Source of the DNA: Callorhinchus milii
Taxonomy: Eukaryota
Assembly: GCF_018977255.1 (NCBI RefSeq)
Contig: NW_024704742.1
Span: 62,312,001 to 62,376,000, forward strand
Direction: 5' to 3'
Length of the DNA stretch: 64,000 bases
Shown here: one piece after another, positions 1 to 11,480 of the stretch
How positions within the stretch are numbered: position 1 is the stretch's first letter
Layout of the letters: each line of letters opens with the position of its first letter
Notes under the pieces: generated by a model
Seen by the model: only the letters and a program-made list of their open reading frames with translations
The model's database searches: none
Told to the model about the DNA's origin: nothing
Position numbers and translations under genes: made by a program

Positions 1-338
1 CCATTTCGCCCACATAATGCAGTCAATTCGCTTTACACTATATTCTGTGAAGTGCTTTGAGATATCTCAACGACGTGATAAGGTGCTATATCAAACGCAA
101 GCTTGGTATTATATGATCACATAATTTCAGGGGGGTTTTTTAGGCACTATTTCCCTTTCACAAATTCATGGTGGGATGGATTCATTGCCCTGCACTCCCT
201 CGTCTCTAGGACTCTGCTTCCAATTAAAATATTGCACTATAATAATAATAATAATCCTTGCATTTGATATAGCGCTTTTCACGTCGGGAGGACGTCCCAA
301 AGCGCTTCACAGAACACACTGTAAAGTGAATTGACTGT

Positions 339-661
339 AATAATAATAATAATAATCCTTGCATTTGATATAGCGCTTTTCACGTCGGGAGGACGTCCCA
401 AAGCGCTTCACAGAATATACTGTAAAGTGAATTGACTGTATATTTGTGGGCGAACGCGGCAGCCAATTGCGCACAGCAATGTCCCACAAACAGTCGTAGA
501 TTGAAAATGACCAATTTATTATTGTTTTGGGTTTTTTGGAGGGATTATTATTAGGCGTGTGGAGTAAGGAAACTTGCCCAAGGTTTCGCCCTGACTGGAA
601 TTGAACTCAGGTCTCTCACTTGCAAAGCGAGTGCTCTAACCACTGAGCTACAGGACTCCAC
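339..661 (-). mobile_element. Young tRNA-Ala-derived SINE, short subfamily, full length
   Basis: Reverse complement of the 47203-47527 copy, with tRNA head, L2-type 3' stem-loop and (ATT)n tail. A second 3' end sits at 239-338 and another fragment at 668-746. Confidence 0.9.
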
Positions 662-3600
662 GAACTCCAGCAATGTCCCACAAACAGTCATGGATTGAAA
701 ATGACCAATTTATTATTGTTTTTGGTTTTGGAGGGATTATTATTAAATGTAAAAAGGTATTGATTAAACCAGTCTTAATTTGTTTGTTGTTATTATGAAA
801 CTAAGTAACTGAATTTTATAAATATTTCTCTCTTGTTGCTGTATCTATCCTTTTCAACTTGAGTTTGTAAAAACAATTTTAGATAAACATAACTGAAATA
901 TTTTGCTACTGCCCCATCCTTGGCTGCTGCCTGCTGATATACGCATAGATCGAAGGCAAAGCAGTTCTGGACACTTTGCTGAGTCAGAAACATGTGACTG
1001 TCATACAGCCCTACGTACTGCACCTCTGAGATGAATCTCTTGGTTTCAAAACTGTTATTCAGTCAATTTTTAAACAATATTCCTGTTCTCCAAGCAATCA
1101 GCTAATATGTTTCAAGTTTTATGTGCGTCATTTTCTTATGTTTTGGTACACCAGTAGATCCCACAGGATTTAGAACAAAAGGAACATTGCCTCCAGCTCA
1201 GAAGAGAGAAAGTGAGCAGTCAGTGGAGGCTTAATTATTTTTACAAAGTGGTGAATAATTGTAATGTACTGTTCAGAAGACAGTGGAGGTAAATTATGTC
1301 AACAAATTCAAGAGGGAGTTAGATAGCTATTTTGAAACTGTCCTTCGGGACTGCACTAAGAAAGGATGAAAGACACACATTCTAATCTCTCTTCAATGAT
1401 AGCAAAATTGCAATGCAGGTTAAGCTTGTGGCGTATAAGAAGTGTCCAAAAAGTTGTCATTCATATTTCAGAACTCTTTGACCTTTTACAAAAGGGTTCC
1501 TTTGATTGCTTTGCAAAGTTCTATGCCAAGCAATGAGGTGTATTTATGGTAAAAAGGGAAGGTACCAACAAGGAAGGAGGGCTGTGGCTTGTAGTGGAGA
1601 ATCTACGCTACCAACCTGTACACACAGTGTGTTAGGCCCTGGGCCTCTCTTGCTGTTTGCTCGACACTGCGACTGTGGGCAGAGTGGCTCCGGATTGTTT
1701 CACAAAATGCGTCTCTCAATAGAACCAATTAACCCATCTGCAATTTCCTGCAAAATCTACCAAATTTCGACAAAAGCCCCGCAATTTTAGGCAAACATTT
1801 CCACACTCTTCTATTGGTCCAGATAATGATCAACTCGCGACTATTCTCCTTTGGGGTGACATAGGCAAGGTCTCCTTGGGGCTAAGCTCCCTAATTGAAT
1901 ATCCAAATCAAATCCATCCAGTGGTCTCAGTCAACCAGTTGTTGAACCAGGCCGGTGTGTAACCTAAAGCACTGTTGATGACTGACCAATCAGTCTGACA
2001 TGTCAGGCTTGACCTAGAGGAGCGGACCAGTCACTGGGGAAGGAGAATCTTCCCATTTGATTCCTGTTAATCATGCAAGATAAAGCCCTTAGGATGGTGC
2101 TGTTTGGAAAAGTAGTGGGAAGCCAAACAGTGCTTATTTAGTTTGAATTTAGCTTATTAAAACTCCAACAATACTCACATCTCCAAGTCTTGGCTTTTGA
2201 CAACCTGCACCTAATACTTTTCAGTATCATATAAGCCAGATGGACCTCTCTGGGAAAGTGCTTACTCCATTCCAGGCAAAGAGAAATTTATATGTGTAGC
2301 TGCCATGAATATGTGAAACCCTCAGTCTGGTTTGAATACTGTTAAGCATAGCGTTAGGTTTCCTCATATGTCAGAAAGCAGTTGACCAAAACAAAAGAAC
2401 ATTTCACTTAATGGTTTACCTAAACTGTAACCAAATCATTTACACAATGGGTTATACCGGTGTGCATTTCTATGTTACACAATACAAAAACTTTGTTCCA
2501 AGTGCCTTACATCCAAGTTAAAGGTCTCAAAACATTTTCTGGTACAGTACTGTAATTCCAATTCAAGTTAATTAATTCTTACTGTCTGACCCACATTGAG
2601 ACAACAGCGCTGTCTGAAATTTTACAGCATCACTAAAAAGCCTAACAATATCCCATTACAAAGCACCAAGCTATCAATCCAGATTTTTTAATCATACTGA
2701 TGAATAGAATAAATCTCTTAAAATTACAGATGTCCTGATTTGTCTACTTTTCAGTCTGCTGTACTTATAAGCTTTCTAACTCATAATACTTGGGTACACT
2801 GCTTCCAACTCATGATACTGGACGGAAGAGGAAGGTTGGTTCAAAGAAAAATTGCACTGCAGTACAGTATATCAATGCCTTTAGTAGTTGATGGGCAGGC
2901 CACCATATATTGCCCAACAGGTCCCCAGTGGCCCGCGGGCCATGTTTGACACCCCTTCTCCATGCACTTCCCTTACTGAAAACACTAACACAGGTTTCAG
3001 TAGTGCTATGTATTTCCCGCAGAAGTGAATTTGACGTTGTTCAGTTTGCTCGCAGTCAAGTATGTGGAACAACTTTCACTGGTTTCAAATTCTCTCTTTC
3101 TACTCCCCTGTGAGCATTTGTCAGCTACAGAAATAAATGCATAAACTCCACAGAGGTTTAGTGTATAATACATTGTGTTGTGTTTTGGCACTGACCTGAA
3201 GAAATTAGATTCAACTTCTATCCCTGGTGGATTTTGCATTAGCAATCACTGCTGGGAGGGGGGTGGGATGGAAGAAAATGTGTCCATAAATTGCTACATT
3301 TTATTTTTCCAATTTTTAGCACTCAGTTTTCTTTTTACCAAATTAACTTTTGCAACCACATTCACTATTTAGTATTTTACAGTAAAATCCAGAAAGCACT
3401 TTGAAACAATATAAGGTGATATATCAAATGTAAGGATTATTATCTTTCACACCCATGCCACGCTAACACAGGTCAGAAAGGTTAGTAAAAAAGCATTCAG
3501 CAGAGGAGAAAACTGGCCCAAAGAACATGTTGCTCAAAGAACTTTGAGCATTGCACCACATCTCAGGGCACCATCAATGTAAATAAGTGAAACTTGGTTT

Positions 3601-4405
3601 ACTCCACTTAAAGATGGAGACTGTAATGCAGGTCAGCAGCAAATGAATCAGACATGCCTCATTTCACACTTGAATCAAAAGTACCGGACCTTCTAAATTG
3701 TTTAACAGGATACTGATAATTATTGCAGAGTATTTTCATTGAAGTTGTCAAGCAGCCAAGGCCAAGAAATACAGCAGGTGCATTGCCTATACAGCTGCAA
3801 ACTTCTGTCACTCATTAACTTTGTTAAAATCTTAAACAAACATTTTTTTGCAGGCTACAAATTGTTCCACCAGTGGGGAGATGGTCAGCTTGCATCATAT
3901 CTGCTTACCTCGCTCCATACCAATTATCACTCAATGCGTAATAATAGTAATTGCATTTGATATAGCGCCTTATCACGACGGTGAGACATCTGAAAGCACT
4001 TCACAAAATATATTGTAAAGTGAATTAACTGTATATTTTGATGTAGTGATGCGTGTCCAAGCTATGGGCAGGAAGTGAGCTCGTGCATTTCACGTTCAGC
4101 TGTGTTACTCAACAACGCAGACAGTTACTGATACCTGCTATCCACTTAGTGATGACTCAACCTGCACTTGACAGATGTCGAATAACCATCTAGTGACTAT
4201 CCTCCTGGGGTGAGGTAAGCAGGTGAGCTTAACAGGCTGGTTCAACTGGCTAGTTTAAGTTTCCACTGGCTCCCTATCCTTCAAGATCCTGGTCCTCACC
4301 AACAAAGCCCTCCATGGCCTCGCCCCACCCTACCTCTACAACCTCCTAATCCCCTACCAACCTGCCCGTTATTACTTTAAGATACTGCTGATGATAGATC
4401 AGCCT

Positions 4406-5107
4406 TCAACAACAAGAATACATTTGTATAGCGCCTTTCACATTGGGAGAACATCCCAAGGCGCTGGACAGAGTACAGCATTTCAGACCCGAGCTGGGGT
4501 TGGGGGGGGGAAGGGAGGAGAGGGGATAGGGGGTGGCCGATGGCATGGTTGAAGAGGAGGGTCTTGAGGGAGGACTTGAAGGAGGCTAAGGAGGGGGCGA
4601 GGCGGAGTGACTGGGGGATGGAATTCCAGAGGTTGGGGGCAGAGTGGCTGAAGGCTCTCCCGTCAATGGTGGGGTGGGTGGGTTGGGGGACGCAGGCCGG
4701 AACCGGCTGAGCGGAGGGAACGAGCGGGTTGGTAGCGGGTTAGGAGGTCACAGAGGTAGGGTAGGGCGAGGCCATGGAGGGCTTTGTTGGTGAGGACCAG
4801 GATCTTGAACTGGATCCTCTGAAGGATAGGGAGTCAGTGGAATCGGGCGAGAGTGGGGGAGATGGGGTCACGGAGTTTGGTGCGGGAGAGGACATGAGCT
4901 GCAGAGTTCTGGATTATCTGCAGTCTGTGGAGGGAGGAGTTGGGAAGGCCGACAAGCAGGGCATTTGCATAGTCGAGGCTGGAGGAAGACATAAACAAGT
5001 GTTTCAGCGGCCTGAGGGGTGAGGTAGTGGCGGAGTCGGGCGATGTTACGGAGATGAAGGAGGCAGAGCGGGTCATGGCTTGAATGTGGGGGAGAAATGA
5101 CAGTTGA
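4406..5107 (-). mobile_element. 5'-truncated L2 LINE
   Basis: Minus-strand ORF pieces LDYANALLVGLP and QIIQNSAAHVL, with a (CAA)n tail at left. Confidence 0.9.
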
Positions 5108-6289
5108 AGGCTCATCGGCAAGACTTGGAGGGGCAGACCAAGTAGTCACTGAGGGCAAGGATTCTTTCCACTCAGCTCTTATTAATCCTGTAAGCCAAAG
5201 CCCTAACAGATAGGGTGATCCTAGCTGGACAGGCAGTAGATCAGGCATTGTTTTGTGTTACAGGAAAGAAAGAATGCACATTTATTTTAAAAAAAGACGA
5301 GCATGATTAAATCGTCATTCGCCTCAAGGATGTTTTAAGATAAGATTGTGCTGAATCAAATATTCTCCGAACATAGACACCTACAGTATTCTGCTGATCT
5401 AGTGTACTTTGGATTTCTTCTCTCCAGGAGACAATAACTAGCTGGGCATCTCCAATACCTCATTCAAGTTGCCAATCTTCATGTGTTCAGTCTGGACAAT
5501 GAACACTGGCCGCTTCTGACAGGAGTGGGCCAATGACAATTAAGTCAGATCCCATCTGTATATATACACTGTATAGGGTCAAGTGAAGAAACCTTTCTTT
5601 TTCCCTCTAACCTGGTTCCCCCACTGCTGCCTAACCTGAATTCATTTTTTTCAGAACAAACTAGAGATCGAACCTGGCCCTTTCAATTTTGATCTACGAA
5701 AGTGTTAAACAAAAGTGCAATCCGAATAACATTTAAAAATTCAATATTTAATTCAGACCACTGAAGGCAAAAAAAAATTTTCACTGGAGGCAATAAATAA
5801 TCATATCGGTAGTCTAAATCTCCTGTTTGATCTATTTGATCAAGAGAAGAAGCTCAAATTTATTGATGAAAGACTACAAAAATCCATACACACATAGAAA
5901 GAAGTTAGATGATACGCAAACAGAACGCATAGAATATCTGCAAACAATACTCAACATGTAACAACAAAGATCATCATTGCTGCTTAACACAGAAAGAGTA
6001 ACAGAAAGAAATCAAATATCTGAGTAATTATTAAGGCATAAATTAAAACATAATCTATTTGATACACGTGATTTTCTAAACTGCGCCAGCGTAGCTATAT
6101 ATCTATCATCAGAAGTATGTCATTTGGTTATAGCTTTGAAGTACTGTTTCAACTTTCAAGATGTGAGGCTTAGTGGTGGGGGGGGAAGGGGAATGGAGAA
6201 TAATATTCAGACGGTTTGATCTTGTTTTGTGCCTGTAGCCTTAAAAACACAAGTTGTTATCGTTATAGCAATGCTCAATAAGAATAATA

Positions 6290-6963
6290 ATTATGATCTT
6301 TCCATTTGATAAGTATTTTAGCATGTCACTGAAATGCCAATGTGCTTCACAGGATTTACTGCAAATTGTAGTGACTGTACTTGCAGGCAAACACAGCAGC
6401 CAATGTGTGAGGGATCCTGAGAGAAGCTCCCTTCTCTTTACGAATAACACACATGTTCAATTGTCAAATAACAGACAATGTCTCATGTGAAGGAAGGAAT
6501 ATTGAACACACAGCAATACACTGGAGTGTCAGCTTAGATTATGAGTTAAAAAGTCCCAACGTTGTTCTTGAACAATGTTAATCTGGCTGTTATTGGCACT
6601 ATCTGTCGGAGTTGCCCTCAGGATCCCTCACACATCGGCTCCTGTGTTTGCATCTGGTTTCATCTGCCTGTTCAGGTGGGCGTTAAAGATCCTATGGCAA
6701 TATTTGTGCAGAGAAGGGAATTTCTTGCAGTGTGCTGGCCAACAGTTCTCCAAATAAAATTGGTCATTCACTTCATACAAAATTGCATTTGTATAGCGCC
6801 TTTCACATCGGGAGGAATTGTTTATAGGATATTGCTGTGTGCTAATTGGCTGCTATGTTTGCCCACCAAACACAGTCACTCCACTTTGCAGTATATCCTG
6901 TGAAGTGCTTTGGGACGTCTTCCCAACGTGAAAGGCGCTATACCAAATATAAGGTTTATTATT
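6290..6963. mobile_element. Decayed Deu-domain SINE pieces in opposite orientations (6290-6560 -, 6620-6963 +)
   Basis: Core gttaaagatcctatggca and stem-loop tails. Confidence 0.6.
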
Positions 6964-7775
6964 AACAGCTTGACAGACACACAGAGGCAAGGGCTACCGA
7001 ATGAGTGGGGCTGACATATGTTGTCAATACAATTTTGTGTCCTTGAAGCACAAAAATATTCCTGCCAGAAAATGATTAGTTGTGATATTAGATTTTTTAC
7101 TGTAGCTTATTGACAAACACATTTGAAGTTGGGCCATTTGCTAATTCAATTTTAAATATGCATTTAAAAATATATATTTCATAAACAATGAATAATCACG
7201 GTTTTCAATCGTTCACTCTTGAATAACCCAACAAATTATTTTATGACATGATTTATACCTTTTTTTTCTTAAAAGAACAAGATTGTTAACTAGTGTAGGC
7301 TCTCTGTGACGTGGACAGAGGATTCTGGTAAATATCACTTAATCTTTGTGTGGTTCCTTCCCAATGCAGGAATGTTGTGTAAATTAAATTGTCTTGGGCT
7401 GAACAACTTGGCTTGAGCAATATAGATTATAAATTCATACAGAGGGTGGAAGAAAGACACCTTTTTGTTCCCACACTTTGGGCTATTTAGAGAAACAGCC
7501 AACAGGATCGGCGCTGCTTACGCAATCATTCTTAAAAGCCCATTCATATTAAAATATCATACGTTGCTGGTGCAGATTAGGTGCCGTGTTTGTTCACATA
7601 ACATCCACTTTGTTTTGTAACAAATTTTACTTTGTGAAGCGCTTCAATTTACTAAAGTTTTATGTGAAACAGGAACTATTTCAACCCGCGTTTGTAATAC
7701 TGTATTATAAGATTATTGCAATTGGGACCCAACAGGGAAAGTAGCCCGTGACCATTGGTGGTGGGGGGATGAGAT

Positions 7776-8455
7776 GGGGGGGGGGGGGGGGAGGAAGAGA
7801 GAGAGAAAGAGGGAAGGAGAAAGAGCGAGAGAGAGAGGGAAAGAGGGAAGAGAGAGAGGAAGAGAGATAAAGAGAGGCAGGGAGGGAAGGATAAAGAGAG
7901 AGGGGGGAGGAGGAATAGAGAGAAAGACGGCAAGGGAGGGAAGGAGGAAGAGAGTGAGAGGGGGTTAAGGAGGAAGAGAGAGAGCGAGAGGAAAGGAAGA
8001 AGAGAGGGGGAAGAGAGAGAGTGAGGGAAGGAGCAAGAGAGAGGGAAGGAGGAAAAGAGAGAGGGAAGGGGAAGGAAGAAAGAGAGAGAAGGAGGGAAGG
8101 AAGAAGAGAGGGAGGGAAGGAGGAAGAGAAAGAGGGGGAAGGAGGAAAAGAGAGAGAGAGGGAAGGAAGGAAGAAGAGAGAGAAGGAGGGAAGGAAGAAG
8201 AGAGAGAGGGGAAGGAGGAAAAGAGAGAGAGGGAAGGAAGGAAGAAGAGAGAGGAGGGAAGGAAGAAGAGAGAGGGGGAAGAGAGAGAGTGAGGGAAGGA
8301 GGAAAAGAGAGAGAGGGGGAAGGAAGGAAGAGAGAGAGAGAGGGAAGGAAGGAAGAGAGAGTGAGGGAAGGAGGAAAAGAGAGAGAGGGGGAAGGAGGAA
8401 AAGAGAGAGAGAGAGAGGGAGGGAAGGAAGAAGAGAGAGAGAGAGGAGGAGAGTG
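7776..8455 (+). repeat. Polypurine/polypyrimidine (GA-rich) low-complexity tract
   Basis: Almost only G and A on the + strand, with no pyrimidine from about 8035 to 8289. Built from gagagagagggaaggaaggaa-like units. Confidence 0.95.
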
Positions 8456-8975
8456 ATATCTGACAGCAAAAAGGCATTCGTTCTGGTTTCAAAACGTTAC
8501 ACTATGAAGTCCGGCCTCAGCGAAACGAAGGAATAGCGAAGCTGACAACAGCCTGAACGCCATCCGCTTCCTCCTCACATGGAAACACTCACAAACTGTG
8601 CTGTCGGGGGGGGGGGGGGGGGGGGTCGGAGACGAGACTGGACGGGGAAGCCTCGGGCCTCGCGCTGCCCCGGGCCACAGTCACCGTTATTTTTAAAATA
8701 GATCTTAAAAATGTTTGCTCGTTTGGGGGTTTTTTTTTTGAAGGGAAACAAGAGAATCGGCACATTTGTATTTGTCTTAACTCGAGGCAGGAAAAGGCGG
8801 ATGAGAGGTGTGCGGTGTATATGTATGTGCGCGGATATCTAAACGATACGCTGTTTAGAAATAAACCCCGAGGCTGATGTGCCGGCGTGAAGCGGGCCCC
8901 GCGGTCACCGTCGCCATGGCAACCGGTTTAAAGAGCCGCAGGAGGCCGGGCGCGCGGCTCCCACAGAGAGGAGGC

Positions 8976-9476
8976 GGGGCAGCCCGGGGAGGGGAGCCCG
9001 GGGAGGGGAGAGGAGGGGAGCCCGGGGAGGGGAGAGGAGCTCGGGGAGGGGAGCCCAGGGAGGGGAGCTCGGGGAGGGGAGCTCGGGGAGGGGAGCCCAG
9101 GGAGGGGAGCCCGGGGCAGGGAGGGGAGCTCGGGGAGGGGAGCCCAGGGAGGGGAGCCCGGGGAGGGGAGCCCAGGGAGGGGAGCCCGGGGAGGGGAGCC
9201 CGGGGAGGGGAGCCGGGGAGGGGAGGGGAGCCGGGAGGGGAGCCCGGGGCAGGGAGGGGAGCCCAGGGGAGGGGAGCCCGGGGAGGGGAGCCCGGGGAGG
9301 GGAGGGGAGCTCGGGGAGGGGAGCCCGGGGCAGGGAGGGGAGCCCAGGGAGGGGAGGGGAGCCCAGGGAGGGGAGCCCGGGGCAGGGGGGGAGCCCGGGG
9401 AGGGGAGCCCGGGGAGGGGAGCCCGGGGCAGGGAGCCCGGGGCAGGGGGGGGAGCCCGGGGAGGGGAGCCCGGGGC
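8976..9476 (+). repeat. G-rich minisatellite, core unit AGCCCGGGGAGGGG (14 nt) with 19-nt variants
   Basis: Directly visible tandem array of about 500 bp. Confidence 0.95.
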
Positions 9477-9580
9477 GAAAGACTAACCTAACCCGGGCCG
9501 GGTAGGGCCGTGCCGTGCTGTGCTGTGCCGCCCTCCCGAGCTGAGCCGTGCTCCCCACCATCACACTTCACATCACTCAC

Positions 9581-9706
9581 CATCAGCCGCTCGAAAGGGT
9601 TGTCCTCGTCGCTCTGAGGCGAGAGCCTGGACCAGACCACGATCAGACCCAGGAAAGTTCCGATGATCAGCAAACTCCGTAAAATGAAACCCAGTTTCAA
9701 CCTCAT
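9581..9706 (-). CDS. GALNT7: GALNT7 first coding exon (cytoplasmic tail, type II transmembrane anchor, start of stem); gene continues beyond the left edge of the window
   Basis: Translates MRLKLGFILRSLLIIGTFLGLIVVWSRLSPQSDEDNPFERLM, which matches the recalled vertebrate GALNT7 N-terminus (MRLKIGFILRSLLVVGSFLGLVVLWSSL...). It is 126 nt, ends at a phase-0 GTGAGT donor (+ strand actcac 9575-9580) and lies in a CpG island. Confidence 0.95.
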
Positions 9707-9818
9707 TGCTGTGGATCGCGTCTTTCTCCCTCCTCCTCCTCCTCCTCTGCCGCTCTCTGTCTGGACGTCTTTATTTTAACTGTGCTCTCGGCACACTGTC
9801 TTTACCATTCAATCGCAG

Positions 9819-9849
9819 ACACACACACACACACACTCACACACTCACA
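9819..9849 (+). repeat. (CA)n microsatellite upstream of the GALNT7 ATG; further CT/CA tracts at about 9990-10070 and 10150-10198
   Basis: Directly visible. Confidence 0.9.
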
Positions 9850-11094
9850 GCTACGGTATCCCGGGGCTTTGGGGTCGGGAAAGAGAAACCTTTCGATTAA
9901 CAAAACGTCAAGCGGCAAAGCTCAGGGTTCCCCGCGCGACAGACATCGGGACCGGGAGAGCCGTTTAAAATCAAGTGGGGAAAACTACCAAACCCCCTCC
10001 CTCCCTCCCTCTCTCTCTCTCTCTCTCCCTCCCTCCTTCCCTCCCTCCTTCCTTCCTCTCTTTCTCTTTCGATTTTAATGATCTTCCCCGAAGCAGCTTT
10101 CTGTGACTGCTGCCCCCTCTCGCTCTGTACAAGTAAAGAAGCCCTTTCCTTCCCTCTTCCCCTCCCTCCCTCCCTCACACACTCACACACACACACACCT
10201 TGTTGCCCAGGATGTGTGTGACCCCCCCCCCGGCAGCCCGTTGGCTGTTTCATTACGTGGCTTCTACGGTTGATTGTCAACGTGTCTACTTTCTCCATTG
10301 CTGAGGAGGGAGTGAGGGAGGGAGGGAGAGAGGGGGTTGGTCACCCTCTCACCACGTCTGAACATGGCTCGCCCTCGTCCCCGCGAAACGTGTGCCCCTG
10401 TTATACGTCTGCGTTTCAACGAGAGCGCCTTTCGCCTTCTCTTCTCTCTCGGGAGGACCCGAGAAAAAAAGAAAGCGTCGGGGGGACAAGCAACCGGTCT
10501 CGGTGCGGCTCTCACAGGGGCTTCACTCCCCACTTGGGCGGTGTTTTTTTTATGGGGGGGGGGGGGAGTTGTTCACGTTTGATGGTTTCGAAAATAAAAC
10601 ACGTCGAACGATTTCTTACGAGAAACTCACAGCAGCGAAGCATCAAAAATTAAAGAGTTTGACGAGTTCTCTGTGCCACTAAATGTTTTTACTTGAGTGG
10701 AGTGATTCTAGACCCGGGGGGTGGGGGTGGGGGGGGGACGTCTTTCCTACAGTCTGAAAATATTAGATTTTTTTTTACATTATTCTATTATTTTTTAATG
10801 TAGAATTGTGACAACTGAAATACTGCCATCTGTCAAATATTTTGTAAAAATAATAGGCCCTGCATTGGAAACTTCTTAAAATCAGTCTTCATTTGGAAGC
10901 TATGATTCTTTTTTTTTAAAAAAAAGTGCAAAAACCTTCCTTCTTAGCATCTTCCCAAATATAATTGATGAAGGCACGAAGTCGGATGTTTGCATTGCCT
11001 CGCGTACACTTTTATGTGGGTTTTTCTTTTAACAGTACAAAAAGGACATTCGGTCCATCGTGGATAAACCAGGTGAGTCCCTTCAGCCCTTGTA

Positions 11095-11480
11095 CCGATT
11101 ATTTTTGGGGGGCAGACAGGTGTCATACACATCCAGAAACCCAACGCCATGGTTAATTGTACCCGAACCAAATTGAGAATTCCATGCATCCCACCTATAG
11201 ATGGAAATTATAGATGGAAATTCCAGAGATGTTTATTGGAACGGAATGCACACTCTCCCTGTAGGGACGCATCCCGTTTACCTAATTCCGGAAAGTATCA
11301 GGTACAGGTTGGCAAGAGCCAAGCCTTGGGGACCCCAGATTGTGTGTTGTGGTACTGCTGGCATGTAACCGGCTAAAACTACATAGCTTGCTATTGAGAG
11401 AACTTTCTGGGAAGGTTTCCCACTGCTTGTCGAGCTAGGACCACCCTACCCGTTAGAACTTTGACTTACTGGGTTAATGG
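11095..11480 (-). repeat. Family X copy just upstream of the GALNT7 CpG island, with an inverted partner at 11640-11785
   Basis: Shares tttacctaattccggaaagtat, ttgagaattccatgcatcccaccta and agctaggaccaccctac with other copies. Confidence 0.75.

Larger units (their letters stand above)
8500..10740. promoter_or_regulatory. CpG island / GALNT7 promoter and first exon region
   Basis: CpG dinucleotides and GC content rise sharply relative to the CpG-depleted flanks, and the region spans the GALNT7 start codon. Confidence 0.8.

Noticed and set aside
7676..8536. Long ORFs (254, 175, 171 aa) rich in L/S/P/F or R/E/G/K
   Set aside because: Translations of the GA/CT low-complexity tract, which cannot contain stop codons.
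8976..9476. Possible CRISPR-like array
   Set aside because: Tandem units with no unique spacers, no cas genes, and a vertebrate context.
8877..9564. 204- and 219-aa Gly/Pro-rich, collagen-like ORFs
   Set aside because: Products of the 14-nt minisatellite inside GALNT7 intron 1; the unit is not a multiple of 3 and there is no domain signal.
9488..9580. C-terminal extension of the 72-aa ORF (VSDVKCDGG...)
   Set aside because: Read-through past the GTGAGT donor into intron 1.
10944..11189. Similar ORFs MHGILNL... here and at 25108-25302, suggesting a small gene family
   Set aside because: The similarity ends at the family X repeat boundary, and the frame is not preserved in the 36535-36990 copy.
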